Of a stretch of 64,000 nucleotides of DNA, positions 12,800-26,142 are shown piece by piece (position 1 is the stretch's first letter; each line of letters opens with the position of its first letter). A model generated the notes under the pieces. It saw only the letters and a list, made by a program, of their open reading frames with translations, had not been told where the DNA came from and ran no database searches. The translations under genes were made by a program, and so were the position numbers. The stretch spans positions 325,637 through 389,636 of the forward strand of contig NW_008246092.1 of assembly GCF_000281045.1 (NCBI RefSeq). Reading direction: 5' to 3'. Source of the DNA: Saprolegnia diclina VS20 (lineage: Eukaryota).

Positions 12800-13356
12800 A
12801 CGACATGCCGATGATCGAGTTGCTGCTATATATTCGGGCTTTCGTTTTGGCTGCTAGTAGAAGGCGCGTGCTATTTTATTTGTGTACAATACATTGCATT
12901 TCAGATCTTATTGCTTGCCTTTCACTTGGTTGCACGACCACAGAGTAGAGCTGGAGCCAATCAAGCTTCCAAGGTTGGTGGGCAAGCGCAATCTGGCGCG
13001 GGCTTCTTCAAGCAACTGCGCGAGTGTCCAACGCTCTGTCCCCGGCCCATGACGTGGCCGTCTCACGTGACGACAGTTTCGAATGCACCCACGACCTTGC
13101 CACACACGCGGGACGCTCGGACACTGACACGGAGTCTCGCACCTTTGTCACGAGAGGAGCATGACCTGAACGCTATAATAGCTTTTGCTGGCACTCATAT
13201 CAACGGTTGGATTGGGCGTGTAGCCTTGACAGGGAGCGCCTGTCGAGTCGTTCGACGAGCGGACACACAATCCGCCCTCGCGTAACCCGAGCATGGACGT
13301 GAATTCGTACTGTACGTTTGTTTCGCCACTCTCGAACCAGACATCATCGTGGCTCG

Positions 13357-13911
13357 ATGCCAGCCCCGCCGATGATGCGAATGACCCAATGCAGCGTCGT
13401 CCACCGAGGCGACGGCGTCTTTGAGCTCCTCCACAACAACGGCATTGTGTACCGCGCTGCGCTACGCCGCCAGTCGACGCGGACCGCTGTCGTGCCCATC
13501 TGCAATGCCGACGAAAAGCGTGCGGTCGAGGGCCAGCTCCTTGGGTCCGTCGACGGTGCGTCGTACTGCGTCGTGCACGAAGACACACCCATGACGATCA
13601 TCTACTCGGCGACTTATGGCCGGACGCCGCGGCGCATGCACGTCGTGCTGGGCAACGCCGAGCTCGTCAACAAGCCGCCACGTTGGGTCGAGTCGCTGCA
13701 AGCGTTTGGCCTCAACTTTGACGGCCGCGTGCGCGTCGCGTCGGTCAAGAACTTTGTCTTGCTCAGCGGCGGCGCCGACGCCGTCATGGTGTTTGGCCGA
13801 ACACCAGACCGCAACATATACGTCTTGGACTATGCGCCGCCGCTCACGCCGCTGCTCGCGTTCGCGATTGCCCTCAGCAGCCTCGACGCCAAGTGCGCCG
13901 CCGTGAGCTAA
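13357..13911 (+). CDS. Short Tubby-domain-only protein (tandem paralog)
   Basis: PRRMHV, NKPPRW..LNFDGRVRVASVKNF, FGR..LDYAPPLTPLLAFAIALSS. Confidence 0.8.
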   Translation: MPAPPMMRMTQCSVVHRGDGVFELLHNNGIVYRAALRRQSTRTAVVPICNADEKRAVEGQLLGSVDGASYCVVHEDTPMTIIYSATYGRTPRRMHVVLGNAELVNKPPRWVESLQAFGLNFDGRVRVASVKNFVLLSGGADAVMVFGRTPDRNIYVLDYAPPLTPLLAFAIALSSLDAKCAAVS

Positions 13912-14721
13912 TCGATGAGTTTGCACTTGAGTGGAAAGTGCAATTTCGATTGCACTGTGTACAGTAATTGGAGGCTCACGACGGCGGTGTGACGAGGGGG
14001 CACACACCGTACGAGCCGCCGAGTCCATTGGTCCGTGTCGCTCAGCATGTGTAGAAGCACGTGCGACGCCGCATTAGGCACAAGTCGCGTCAGGTTTTTC
14101 TAAACCCGTTCACTGGCATTCCTAAGCGTCTGTGTTGGACACACATTCTGGACACGAACTAGATTTGCACGCCTGGTTCTTCGTGATCCCGCGCCGAGGC
14201 GAACCTGGTGCCACGCAGTCCCACAATCGGTCTTGGTCTCTCTCTATTGTACTTGCAACGCGCACGAGCACTGTTCGAGTCTTGCACTGTCTTCCTCCGA
14301 CACCATGTCGCGTAATACCCTGGTCGTTCTTCCATGTGCGCCGATGCCCCATACAACTGGACAGCTAACGCAGCTCCGATCCAGCCGTGGCACGTCAGTC
14401 CGCATCCTGCCACGTCAGCCAGAAAGGGCGCCAGTTCCAATCCCGTTCTTTTCTTTTTATAAGCGACTTGCGTGCGGTGTGGTAATCCAACGCACAATAT
14501 TTTAAAATACCTTGCATATTGTATCGGATGCCGATTGTTGGTGATTAAATCACTGGAGGGGGCAAGAGGTATTTTATGACTCGGCCTTTGTATGTCACGG
14601 TTGCAAAGATTGAAACTCAACAAATCGTGTCCATCACCAACATTTTTCAGTTGGCCGCATCCGCCGCCGCTTCCTCCGTCAAGCAGTACGACGCATGCTG
14701 CTCTTCCGTGACGCAATGCTC

Positions 14722-17246
14722 ATGGCCAACCCGCGCTCTAGGATGCCCGCGATACGCTACCGCAAGAGCGCACCGTCCATCTCGTCGGCCAACATGGAAG
14801 ACGAGGCGAGCCCACCGCCGGCGCCGGGGCGGTTCCGGTCGCGCCTGCGCCTGCCGTTCTCGAACCGCAACAGCGACGCCAAGGCGAAAGAGCGGTCGCC
14901 GTCGCCGCCCTCGGACGACAAGGAGGATGCCAAGGCAGACGAGAAGCGCGACGAGAAGGCCAAGTGCACGCCGCCCAAGAACTCGCCAGCGATGGAGTGC
15001 CACGTGTGCAAGATCTCGCTGGGCATTCGCCGCCTCAAGCACCACTGCCGCAACTGCGGCAACTCTGTCTGCAATGCCCACAGCCGCAACCAGCTCCCGT
15101 TACCCAAGTTTGGCATCCTCCGCACCGTGCGCGTCTGCGACAAGTGCACAAAGGAAGTCCTCCAACAGCGCGCGGGGCTCCGCAAAGGCGCGTCGATTCC
15201 GTTTCCGGAGGAGTCGACCGACAAGTCCATTGGCGGCGTTCTCTACTCGTCGCTCGTCGAAGAGCAAGACGACACGATGGATACAATGTTGTACATTGGG
15301 TCGCTCAAGATGACGGGCCGGTCGCTCGCGACGCGCAACCTCAACTCGAACATGATGATCTGGAAGGACCGCATGCTCATCGTGACGCCGGCCGAGATGA
15401 TGTGCTTCAAGCACAGCGACTCTGGCCTTGGCGAAGTCCGGACGACCGTGCACATGACGGACATTCTGCACATTTACATCAACGAGAGCCATCCGCGCAT
15501 CCTCACGGTGGTCCGCGCCGACGGACGGTATCCCGTCATCGCATCCCTCACTCATTGCTCAGGGCATATGACGTAGCATCTTTCGCATCCGCGCCAAAGA
15601 CAAGGACCAGTGCCAGGCGATCCACGACGTGCTCCAGAAGACGCACAAGATGTTTCAAGATGCGCTCTACAAACTGCAGCGAGGCGTGCTGCCCGAAGAC
15701 TTTAGCATCTCTTCGATCACACTCCAGCACACATCGAGCCTCCCGGAAGTGACGATATCGGCCTTCCCGAACCTCCTCGAACCGCTGCACCACGTCGGTC
15801 TCTACCCCACCTCGATCGTGCGCCTCTACGTGGCCGGCCCCATGACGTCGGGCGTCGCCGTCTTTACGTACGACATGCTCACCAAGGGCGACATGGTCCT
15901 CCAGCAGTGCGAGAACCCGACCGCACGCAGCTGCGACGACGACGAAGCGCTTGAGGTCCATCTCGCGACCGGTACGTAATTTGTCGTACAGTGTCCTCCA
16001 TTCAACGGTCGACGGTAGACGCGTCGACGGCGGGGGCGACCAATGGCGGGGCGTTGTGGCCCGTGGCGTGCCTCGGGCTCAGCGGCCTCCTCTTTTGCGT
16101 CGCGATTCTTGGCTCGGACCGGCTTGTGACGGCCCTGGGGGGCGGGCTCTTGGTCGCAGCCGCGCTCGCCCTCGTGCTGCGCTCCAACTATGACGTGCTC
16201 ACGTCGCTGCACTTGCTGCTCGCAACGCGCGGCCGGAGTGTGCTCATGGGGCCATCGTGGCGGTCGCTCAACGTGACCAAGGTCCTCCTTACGAGCAAGG
16301 ACGCGTCATGCGACGACGAGCATGACGCATCCGACATGGACGTGCCGGACGATGACATTTACGGACGGTTCCTCGAAGGCATGTCGGGCAACGTGACTGA
16401 GGCGCGTCGACGGTACTTTGCCATGGTCAACTGGCGCAAGGACGAGGACATTGACACGATCTTGGCGCGGCCGCACCCGCAGTTTGACGCGGTACGAGAG
16501 CGCGCCAAGGACACGTATGAAGCTGACTCGTAGATCAAAGAATCGCTCGTGCTCTATGTGCACAAGCGCGACAAGATGGGGCGCATGATCCAGATCGAGA
16601 AGACGGGCACGATGAAGAAGACGATGCAGATGCTAACGGCGCGGGGCGTCTCGGAGGCCGAGGTGTTGCACCACACGGCGTTCATGCAAGAGTACTATTG
16701 GAAGGTCCTCGACAACCGGGCGTACCCGAACGGCATGCAGCTGCGCATCATCGACCTCAAGGGCATCTCCATGGACATTATGAGCTCGGACGTGTTTTCG
16801 TTTGTGAAGAAGGTCGGCCTCATTGCTGGCAACTACAACCCCGAGCGCATGTTCAAGGTCTTCATCGTCAACCCGCCACGGTGGTTTGGCATGATCTGGA
16901 AGGTCGCGGCGCCCATGGTCAACCCCAAGACGCGCGACAAGGTACTGCGAAGGCTTTCACCACGCGTTAGCTCATGCGAATCCATTAGACCATTGTCGTG
17001 TCGGGCGAGGCCGAGATCAAGAAGGCGCTGCTCGAATACGTGGACGCCGACTGCCTGCCCGTCGAGTACGGCGGCAGCTGCGCCTGCGACGGCGGCTGCA
17101 TGACGCACTCGCCCGAGGAAGTCGAGTTGCACGAATTTGTCACCAAGCTCAACGCCGGCGAGCGCTGCGACGAGCTTCTCGCAGCCCTGCGCGACCGGCC
17201 GCACCCGCGCGCCGTCACGCGCATCAGCGTGGTCGACGAGAGCTAG
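14722..17246 (+). CDS. FYVE + PH-like + hydrophobic segments + CRAL-TRIO (Sec14) lipid-binding protein, multi-exon
   Basis: FYVE CHVC..KHHCRNCG..C..H..RVCDKC; PH-like WKDRMLIV; two hydrophobic stretches at about 16050-16180; CRAL-TRIO IIDLKG..NYNPERMFKVFIVNPP..KTRDK..LPVEYGG. Confidence 0.78.
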
Positions 17247-17858
17247 AAACACCCAACTGGCACCCGACCGCACAAACACACCATTATATTCTTATTGGCG
17301 AGAAAAATACGATACAAAGACGCCGTGCAATTTAATTCGCGCCAAGTGCAAACTCACCAACGGTGCCGCCTGAGGTCCAGAATCTGAAAACACGCCATTC
17401 TGCACCGGCCGCGCCATTTCCCCCACGCGCTGACCTGCAAAAAAAGGCGTCTCACGACCGTACGCAAGTACGAGAGTATGGTGTGCGCGGAGCGAGTGCC
17501 CTCTGCGTGTACCCAAATGTATTACGCCCGTGTGTAAGCCCCCGCCACCACGCAGGCAGCACTGTGAGTTCATTTTGCGCGGTGTGAACCGACATGTGCA
17601 TCGACCGTGTTGGATTCGTATGCCCGGTAGTGAAGCCGAGACGGTTGTCATCTCGGCGCAGACACGCGTACTGTCCGTGCAGCGGGATGGGGCGCGGGAT
17701 CTCGCCCTGACGAAGTGTCTGAAGCCGTTGAAGTTGGGTGATTTAAATCTCGGCGCGATGACGTTCGCCGAATAAAATTTTGCGAGCGGCGGGAATAAAA
17801 ATGCGGTTCATAAAATAGAAGACGACCGGAAGGCCGAGAGTGCAAAGCCGAACCGAGC

Positions 17859-19298
<1,440 letters not shown>

Positions 19299-19351
19299 AT
19301 ACACGCAAAATACCACCACGCCACCAGACGCCAATGTATTATTGACTTGAG

Positions 19352-20073
19352 TTACGCCTCGTGCTTGGTGCGCAAGTAGAGCTCGAGCGCATAGATGCCG
19401 TCGGGCGTGAACTCGTCCTTGCGCGACATGATCTCGGCCGCCGACATGATGAGTACTTCCGACACTTCTTCCGGCTGCAGCGTGAGCTCGCCGTCATACG
19501 TGCACTCAAACATGCCACCCCACACGTTCGAGTCGCCGTTCTACACGCTGTGTAGGGAGATGTCATGGGACTTTGTTGAAGTAGTACCTTGTACGGGAAC
19601 GTCGTGACGTACGTCAGCGGCGTGTTGGTGATGCCCATCTCCTCGGCGGCTTCGCGTTCGGCGTTCTCCTCGAAGGACTCGCCAAACTGGACGACGCCGC
19701 CCGCCATCGGGTCGAGCAAGCCCGGGCAGTAGTCCTTGATGAGCGTCCGGCGCTGGACGTAAAAGTCCCCGCTACACATTATTTGATGAGCGTGCGCTCG
19801 AGCATGTCGTCGCAAGACCGTACGCGGAGTTGCGGATCACAATATACGTGGCGCGGTGCGGCAGGTTGAAGACGCGCTAATGCGAACATGAGCCACGGAC
19901 GTCGAGCGAGGATACTGACCATGACGGCGCGGTCGGCCTTCCCAATGACGTTGTTGTCGTCGTCGACAATGGCCACCTACACGCCGCGTCCCATGAGCCG
20001 CATACGTGGCGTGACGTCGCACCTGCTCCTTGGCCGTCAGCCCATGCAGCTTGTTGTCCATGTTGTCGGCCAT
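19352..20073 (-). CDS. Nudix hydrolase (YfcD-like), multi-exon
   Basis: IVDDDNNVIG..R, HRATYIV, VQRRTLIKDYCPG, Nudix box GGVVQFGESFEENAEREAAEEMG. Confidence 0.85.
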
Positions 20074-20432
20074 CGTATGCGCTTGGTCAAATGGAAAACT
20101 GATGGCCTTTCGTCCCAAACATGCGTCAACAAGGGCAATTTGGTGGGAAACCCTGTTTCCCGCCACTTGCCGCCATTTCTCACACGTGGCATTTGGTGTA
20201 GTATGACGTGGCACACATCGGCCCAAGGTCATGTCATGGTCGCATGTGATCCAACGACTACGACTACGAGAATGTTGGCGACACTACACTAGGTCTAGTA
20301 CTATTGTACTAGTCCTGCGCTGCCTAGTAAATCTGCTATTCCAGATTTGCTCGTCAACACAGCTCGCACCGGCGAGTGAGTTTGAGACGGTTCCGCAAAA
20401 TTGACCGACTAGTTGCCGCCATTCGGTTGAAC

Positions 20433-21228
20433 TTAAAAGAGGATCAACCCGAGCATGACGGCCGAGCCGACAAAGAGGAGCATCTTGGAGAGGAACGCAA
20501 ATTGGACTTGCTGCTGGAGCTCGGCGGGGGTTAAGGGACCTATACATACGATGCCATTCTGCGGTCCAACGACGCGACATGGACCTGTGTGTGTGTTGGG
20601 CATCGTTGCGGTCGCAGCGCTTTGCTGCATCGCGTGAGACCCTGCATGGCGGATAGGAACGTACGAACTGAAGGCCGAAAAGAGACGGAAAGAACCCAAT
20701 CAAGGGCGAGAATGCGGCTTCTTGCGCATGCGGCGGCAGCGGGTCGGGCTGGAACTAGGAGGTCTGTCGTGTCAGAGAACGTCCGCACGTGGTCTACCAT
20801 GAAGCGCCGGCGCAGAGACGGCGCAGGGCGCTGGCCACGCGGACGGTTGGGGATATCGTCGGCACCATCGACCGTTCTACGGCAGAGACAAGGTCCGCCG
20901 GTGCGAACGCCGCCACGGGTACGGTACCGAGGATCGATCGTGTTGGCGCCACGGCCGTAGACTGGGATCACGTTCTCCTTTGTGACGCCGGCCTTGCACA
21001 CGGGGCATTCGTTGTGGTTGGCGATCCACTGCGATGGCATGAGCCATGGACATGCAGCGGCGTCGTTGTACCTGGAAGAGGCAGGGCCAGCTACGCCCCA
21101 GGATGATGAATGCATGCGGTCGCAGGCGTGGGCGCGTACCAGTAGAGGTGGCCGCAGAGTGTCACCACGGGCTCCTTCACGCGGTCGAGGCAGATATTGC
21201 AGTCAAAGTCGGTGGCGGCCACGTCCAT
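20433..21228 (-). CDS. RING E3 ubiquitin ligase, RNF5/RNF185/RMA1-like, with C-terminal membrane anchor; multi-exon
   Basis: [38 protein letters not shown]-terminal [20 protein letters not shown]. Confidence 0.87.
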
Positions 21229-21332
21229 ACTGTGCTGCTCGCCGCAAGTCGTGGGTGCTGGATATCGTACTGAAACTCAACTCAATTGGACCAATGAGCG
21301 CCGCGAATTCTCAGAATAGAAAATTCAGCACC

Positions 21333-22641
21333 ATGGGCACGAGCGCGTCCAAGCAGCTCTACGACGCGGCCGCGTCCAACGACGTCGCCAAGCTCCGGAC
21401 GCTCGTCAAGGAGGGCGTTGATCTCCACCAGAGCGCTGGCACGGTACGCCTCCTGCGCCGAAGCTTGGGCGCGACGCGACGACTAGGACGGGATCTGTAT
21501 CCTCCACGTTGCGGCCGAGAAGGGCCACAAAAAAGTCATCACGTATCTCCTGGACAAGGGTATGGCGATCGACCGCAAGACCAGCGTAGGTCATGCATGC
21601 ATACTACCTCTCTGACAGCATGCGTAGAACGGCCGGTCACCCTTGTACATTGCGGCCAAGCATGGCAACGTTGAAGCCGTCCGCGTCTTGGTCGAGCGCG
21701 GGGCCGATATCGAGTCCAATCGAAAGGTTGACATCGCCCACAGGAATAATCTTCTCCAACATGGCAGCTCTAGAACGGACGCACAGCCCTCGTCGTTGCG
21801 GCCAAGAAAGGGCATCTCGAGGTCGTGCAATACCTCGCCGGGCGAGAAGCCAACCTCGAGGCCTGCCGAAGGGTACCTCTCCGTGAAAGCGGCAGTCACT
21901 CGTTGAACGAATGGGCCGCTAGGATCTTCGCACGCCCTTGTACATGGCTGCGAAGAAGGGTCATGTTGAAGTGGCGCAATTTCTCATCGACAGCCAAGCC
22001 AATATGGAAGCCGCGAGCATCGTAGGATCTTTTTAGATGTCGCAAATGCGACCAAGTGGATCTTGCGATAGGATGGCACGACGCCGCTGATCGCAGCCGC
22101 TGCCAAAGGCCATGTGGCCATGGTCCACGTCCTTCTCGAGCACGGCGCACAGATCGAAAGCGCACGCAAGGTTGAGCTTCGACTGCGCTTTTTCCTGTGC
22201 CAAGAACAGCGATAGGACGCCTGCACCGCGCTGTATGTGGCGGCGCAGCGAGGCCACCTTCGCATCGTCAAGGCGCTTGTCGAACAACATGCGACCCTCG
22301 AGGCCCGCGACAACGTGGTACACCTCGCCTCACAACAGTGGCAAGTTCCGTCACGCACATCGACGTAGCTGGGCATCACGCCACTGGCCGTCGCCGCCAT
22401 TGAAGGCCACCTCGAGGTCGTCAAGTACCTGTTGTCCCACACGCCTGCGTTCGTCTCGAGCAACCAGGTGCTCCAGCGTACAACACATGTACATGGCGTT
22501 GACATCTCCTCTTAGGACGGGTCGACGCAAATTGTGAACGCAGCTGCGCTGACGTACTCGGACGTCGCCGACGCGATCGCAGAGCTCGAGCACCCGGACC
22601 GCTTCAGCGTCCAGAGTGTCAAGAAGGTCTTTAGCTTCTGA
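21333..22641 (+). CDS. Ankyrin-repeat protein, 9 exons, likely N-myristoylated (MGTSASK)
   Basis: Seven internal 99-nt exons (21487-21585, 21628-21726, 21774-21872, 21923-22021, 22072-22170, 22216-22314, 22369-22467), each a canonical ANK repeat (G-x-T-P-L-x-x-A-A-x-x-G-H-like). Confidence 0.88.
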
Positions 22642-22968
22642 TCGCGGATCCTTGGGTGATAGGTGGGTTGTCGTTCTAATATTATTCCGCTTCTGTTCCA
22701 TTACGCTTGCGGTTTGTATGCAGTGGCCCCGCCATGCAATTGAATTTCCATGCGCAGGGAGAGAGTGACGTCCAAATTAGGGATCGGGTTGTCATCGGAA
22801 GATCCGGGCACCTCTTTGTTTTTATATTTGCAACACTCGATGGCGGGATTGTATCATGTACGAGAGGGTTTCGTGGGCCGCGGCTGCGACTATCATCTTT
22901 GAGAGGGTATCCGTGGCTCGTCGTTCGGCGTTTGTTTTTGCAAGGCAGAAGAGACCTCGAAGAAGGCG

Positions 22969-25136
22969 ATGACGATGGGGTCGTCCTCCGGGAACAGCAA
23001 CCTGATCAGCCCATGCACCTCCGACGACAGCATCGACGACCATGCCAAGTTCGACCTCGATACGATGGCCGCGTACCTCGTCAAGGACCTCGACTCGGGC
23101 CAGAGCTACCGCGTCGAGGAGATCGACCAGCAGTACGTGACGCTCGAGGCCATGAAGGAGAAGCTCTCCGAGTCGTACGCCCACCATGCGTGCGCAATGG
23201 GAGGCTCATAGTGGCTAGGCATGACCTCCTCGCGCTCTACTCGGCGGATGCGACGACTGAGGTCGAGATTGAAAACACGTCCGACTCGGACAAGGACGAC
23301 GACGATCCAGGGTACGTCGAAGAGGTCGACGTCGTTAAGCACCGCACGTCCGAGCTGCAGCCTTGCCAGTTTGCAGGCTGCACGCTCTTCCATACGCGCC
23401 GGTCGGGCTACTGCGAGACGCACGAGGTCCGCGCCAAAGAGGTGCGTCGTCAGCCATCCTAGTAAAGGACCTCAGCTATCTATTTCTTGCAGGAGGAAGA
23501 CTCGCGCGCGCAGGCGCTTTACCTCATTCCGCTTGGGCGGCAAGCCAGCTTTGTCGAGATGAAGGGCCACTCGTTCGTCGAGGACTCGATGTTTCGTCTC
23601 TATACAGTCTTCACGGTCGTCCTTCGCTGTGGCGAGTCGACGTGGAGCGTGTATCGCCGGTACCGCGAGTTTACGGCCCTCTACGACAAGGTCCTCTTGC
23701 GCTGCACCACGTATGTACCTCATAGGATGCGTAGCTCAAGCTGCGCCCACGGCTGCGGCTGCCCACGCTACCGCCCAAGAAGATTATCGGTTCGTTCGAG
23801 CCCGAGTTCCTCGCGCGGCGTCAGTACGAGCTCGGGCAATGGCTCGATCAGCTCCTTACGTACGAGCCGCTCTCGAATGCGACCAACCCCCACGAGTGCG
23901 ACGAGGTCGTGCGCTTCCTCACATGGAAGGCCGACCAGCCGCCGTTTCCAGTCGAGCAGCCCGCCGACTTTTTGAACCTACAGGACTCGAGCTCGAACGC
24001 GCCGCGCGTGAACCTCACCGACTTCAAGATGATCCAGGTCATTGGCCGTGGGTCGTTCGGGAAGGTCGTTCTCGTCGGCCACCACGCGACAAAGAAACTC
24101 TACGCGATGAAGATGCTCAACAAGGCCAACATCGTCAAGCGCAAGCAGGTCGAACACACGCGCACCGAGCGCCGCGTGCTCGGCTACACCAAGCACCCGT
24201 TCATCGTGGGTTTGCACTTTGCCTTCCAGACTCCGCAGCGTCTCTACTTTGTGCTCGACTATTGCCCGGGCGGCGAGCTCTTTTATCACTTGACGCGCAT
24301 GAAGAAGCTGCCCGAGCACATGGCGTGCTACTACGCCGCCGAAATCACACTCGCGCTCGAGCACCTGCACGGCCTCGGTGTCGTGTACCGCGACCTCAAG
24401 CCCGAAAATATTCTCCTCACAAAGGAAGGACACGTCAAACTCGGTACGAATGCATGGTACATGGAGGGCCCTCGCGTGACCAATGTATGTGTTTCTGTAG
24501 CCGATTTCGGGCTTGCGAAGGAAGGCATCACGGACGGTGTGTATGGCACCAACTCGCTCTGCGGCACGCCCGAGTACTTGCCGCCCGAGATCCTCGACCG
24601 CCTTGGCCACGGCACGGCCGTCGACTGGTGGAACCTCGGTGCGTCCGACATCATCCTCGCTCACAACGGGGCTAAGAACTGGTCGTGTAGGCATGGTGCT
24701 CTATGAGATGCTCACGGGCCTCCCGCCGTGGTACACGAACGACCGCCAAAAGCTGTTTGACCGGCTGCGCTCGGCGCGCCTGCACTTTCCGCCGTACGTG
24801 TCGCGGCGTGCCGAGGGCCTGATCCGAGCGCTTCTCAACCGGAATCCGGCCGAGCGCCTCGGTGCGCGTGGTGCCGCCGAAGTGAAGGCGCACCCGTTCT
24901 TTGAGAGCATCGAGTGGGACGACCTCCTCGCGCTCAAGATGCCGCCGCCGTTCCGGCCGTGCCGCGCGACGACGACCGACGACACGCCGCTCAATTTCGA
25001 GGCCGAGTTTACGCGGCTTCCGCTGCCGAGCGTCGAGGTCGTCGACAAGGAGACCAAGCAAAAGGCGCGGGCCAACTCGGACACGTTCTCGGGCTTTGCG
25101 TACGAAAACCCGGACGCAATGCAATCGTCCTTGTAA
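22969..25136 (+). CDS. PX-domain AGC Ser/Thr kinase (SGK/AKT-like), multi-exon
   Basis: PX motifs VYRRYREF, LPTLPPKK. Kinase motifs IGRGSFGKV, YAMKML, YRDLKPEN, DFGL, CGTPEYLPPE; AGC C-tail PPPFRP..NFEAEFT..FSGFAY. Confidence 0.92.
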
Positions 25137-25180
25137 CGACGTATACACGCGAGGCTGAATAAATATATATCAAAAGCACT

Positions 25181-26142
25181 TCAGATCATGGCGTCCTTGG
25201 CCTCGGCGATGCGCTGGAGGCCCAGCGTCAGCTCGGCTTCGAGCGCTTCGATCTCGCCAATGTCCAGGAAATCAATGTCGTAGCCTTTGAGCCGCATGAG
25301 CAGCTTGTTCTCCATCTCGGCATCCGCGAGCTCCTGCTTGAGGTTGGTCACCTCTTCTTCCAGAAGCTTCATACTGCCTGTACGCTACATGAGAATTTTT
25401 GTGCGAAATTTCGTATGTGCGTACCCGTCGGCCGCACGCGCCGCTTGGCGAGCGCCATGGCGTAGAAAAGGGAGCCGGCGGTGACGGCAACAAGCGCGAG
25501 CGTACGCTGGTCCGTGTACCAGCTCTCTTCTGCAAAGAGGCGATGGAACCAGCTCCCTTCGCACGCGGTCTCGGGCACAAATGGCGGTACGAGCACGGCG
25601 TCGGTCCATGCCGTCCACTGGCGCGAAAAAATCTGGAACAGCGCCGTGTCGACGCGCGACCGGACGCGGAGCGAGTACGTGGCATCGTGCTTGACGTTTT
25701 CCAGCACGACAAAGCAGTCGTCGCTGTAGAGGTCGCCGCCGTCCACGGAGCTCTCGGGCGCGGCTTGGTTGAAGGCTGCAAAGCCGCTGAGCCAGCTGCC
25801 ATGCACCCAGTACTGCACGTGGAAGCGCGGCCCTTCGTTCGCGCTTCCGTCGTGGAAGAAGCTGCCATGACGCACCTGCGCAGCGCGAGCGACGCCGCAC
25901 AGCGGGCTGTGCCAGGACATGAGAATATTGGTCATGTCGGCCGCCGACGTGGTGGCATCGAGAAGCGCGTCGGCGGACGGCGACGACGCGAACCGGTCGG
26001 CGGCCACCTTGACAAAGTCGTGGGCCGTGGCTGGTACGCGCGGGATCGTCCAGTAGAGGAGCGAGAGGCAGAGGAGGATGATCAGCGAGACGACTGCCGC
26101 AATGCACGTCGCAATGCAGCACGCCGACGCCGACGCGTGCAT
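25181..26142 (-). CDS. Membrane protein: N-terminal signal/anchor, FN3-like domain, TM helix, cytoplasmic coiled coil (K-box-like); 2 exons
   Basis: ILMSWHSP, FHVQY, VLENVKHDATYSLRVRS (FN3-like); TM LALVAVTAGSLFYAMAL. Intron 25378-25424 (gtacgc..cag) joins in frame to MKLLEEEV. Confidence 0.6.

Noticed and set aside
13921..13943. 8-bp inverted repeat (TTGCACTT..AAGTGCAA) just after a stop codon, terminator-like
   Set aside because: Eukaryotic context and short enough to arise by chance.
21444..22515. Regular ~145-nt periodicity resembling a repeat-spacer array
   Set aside because: Explained by 99-nt ankyrin exons plus short introns; the units are not identical at nucleotide level.
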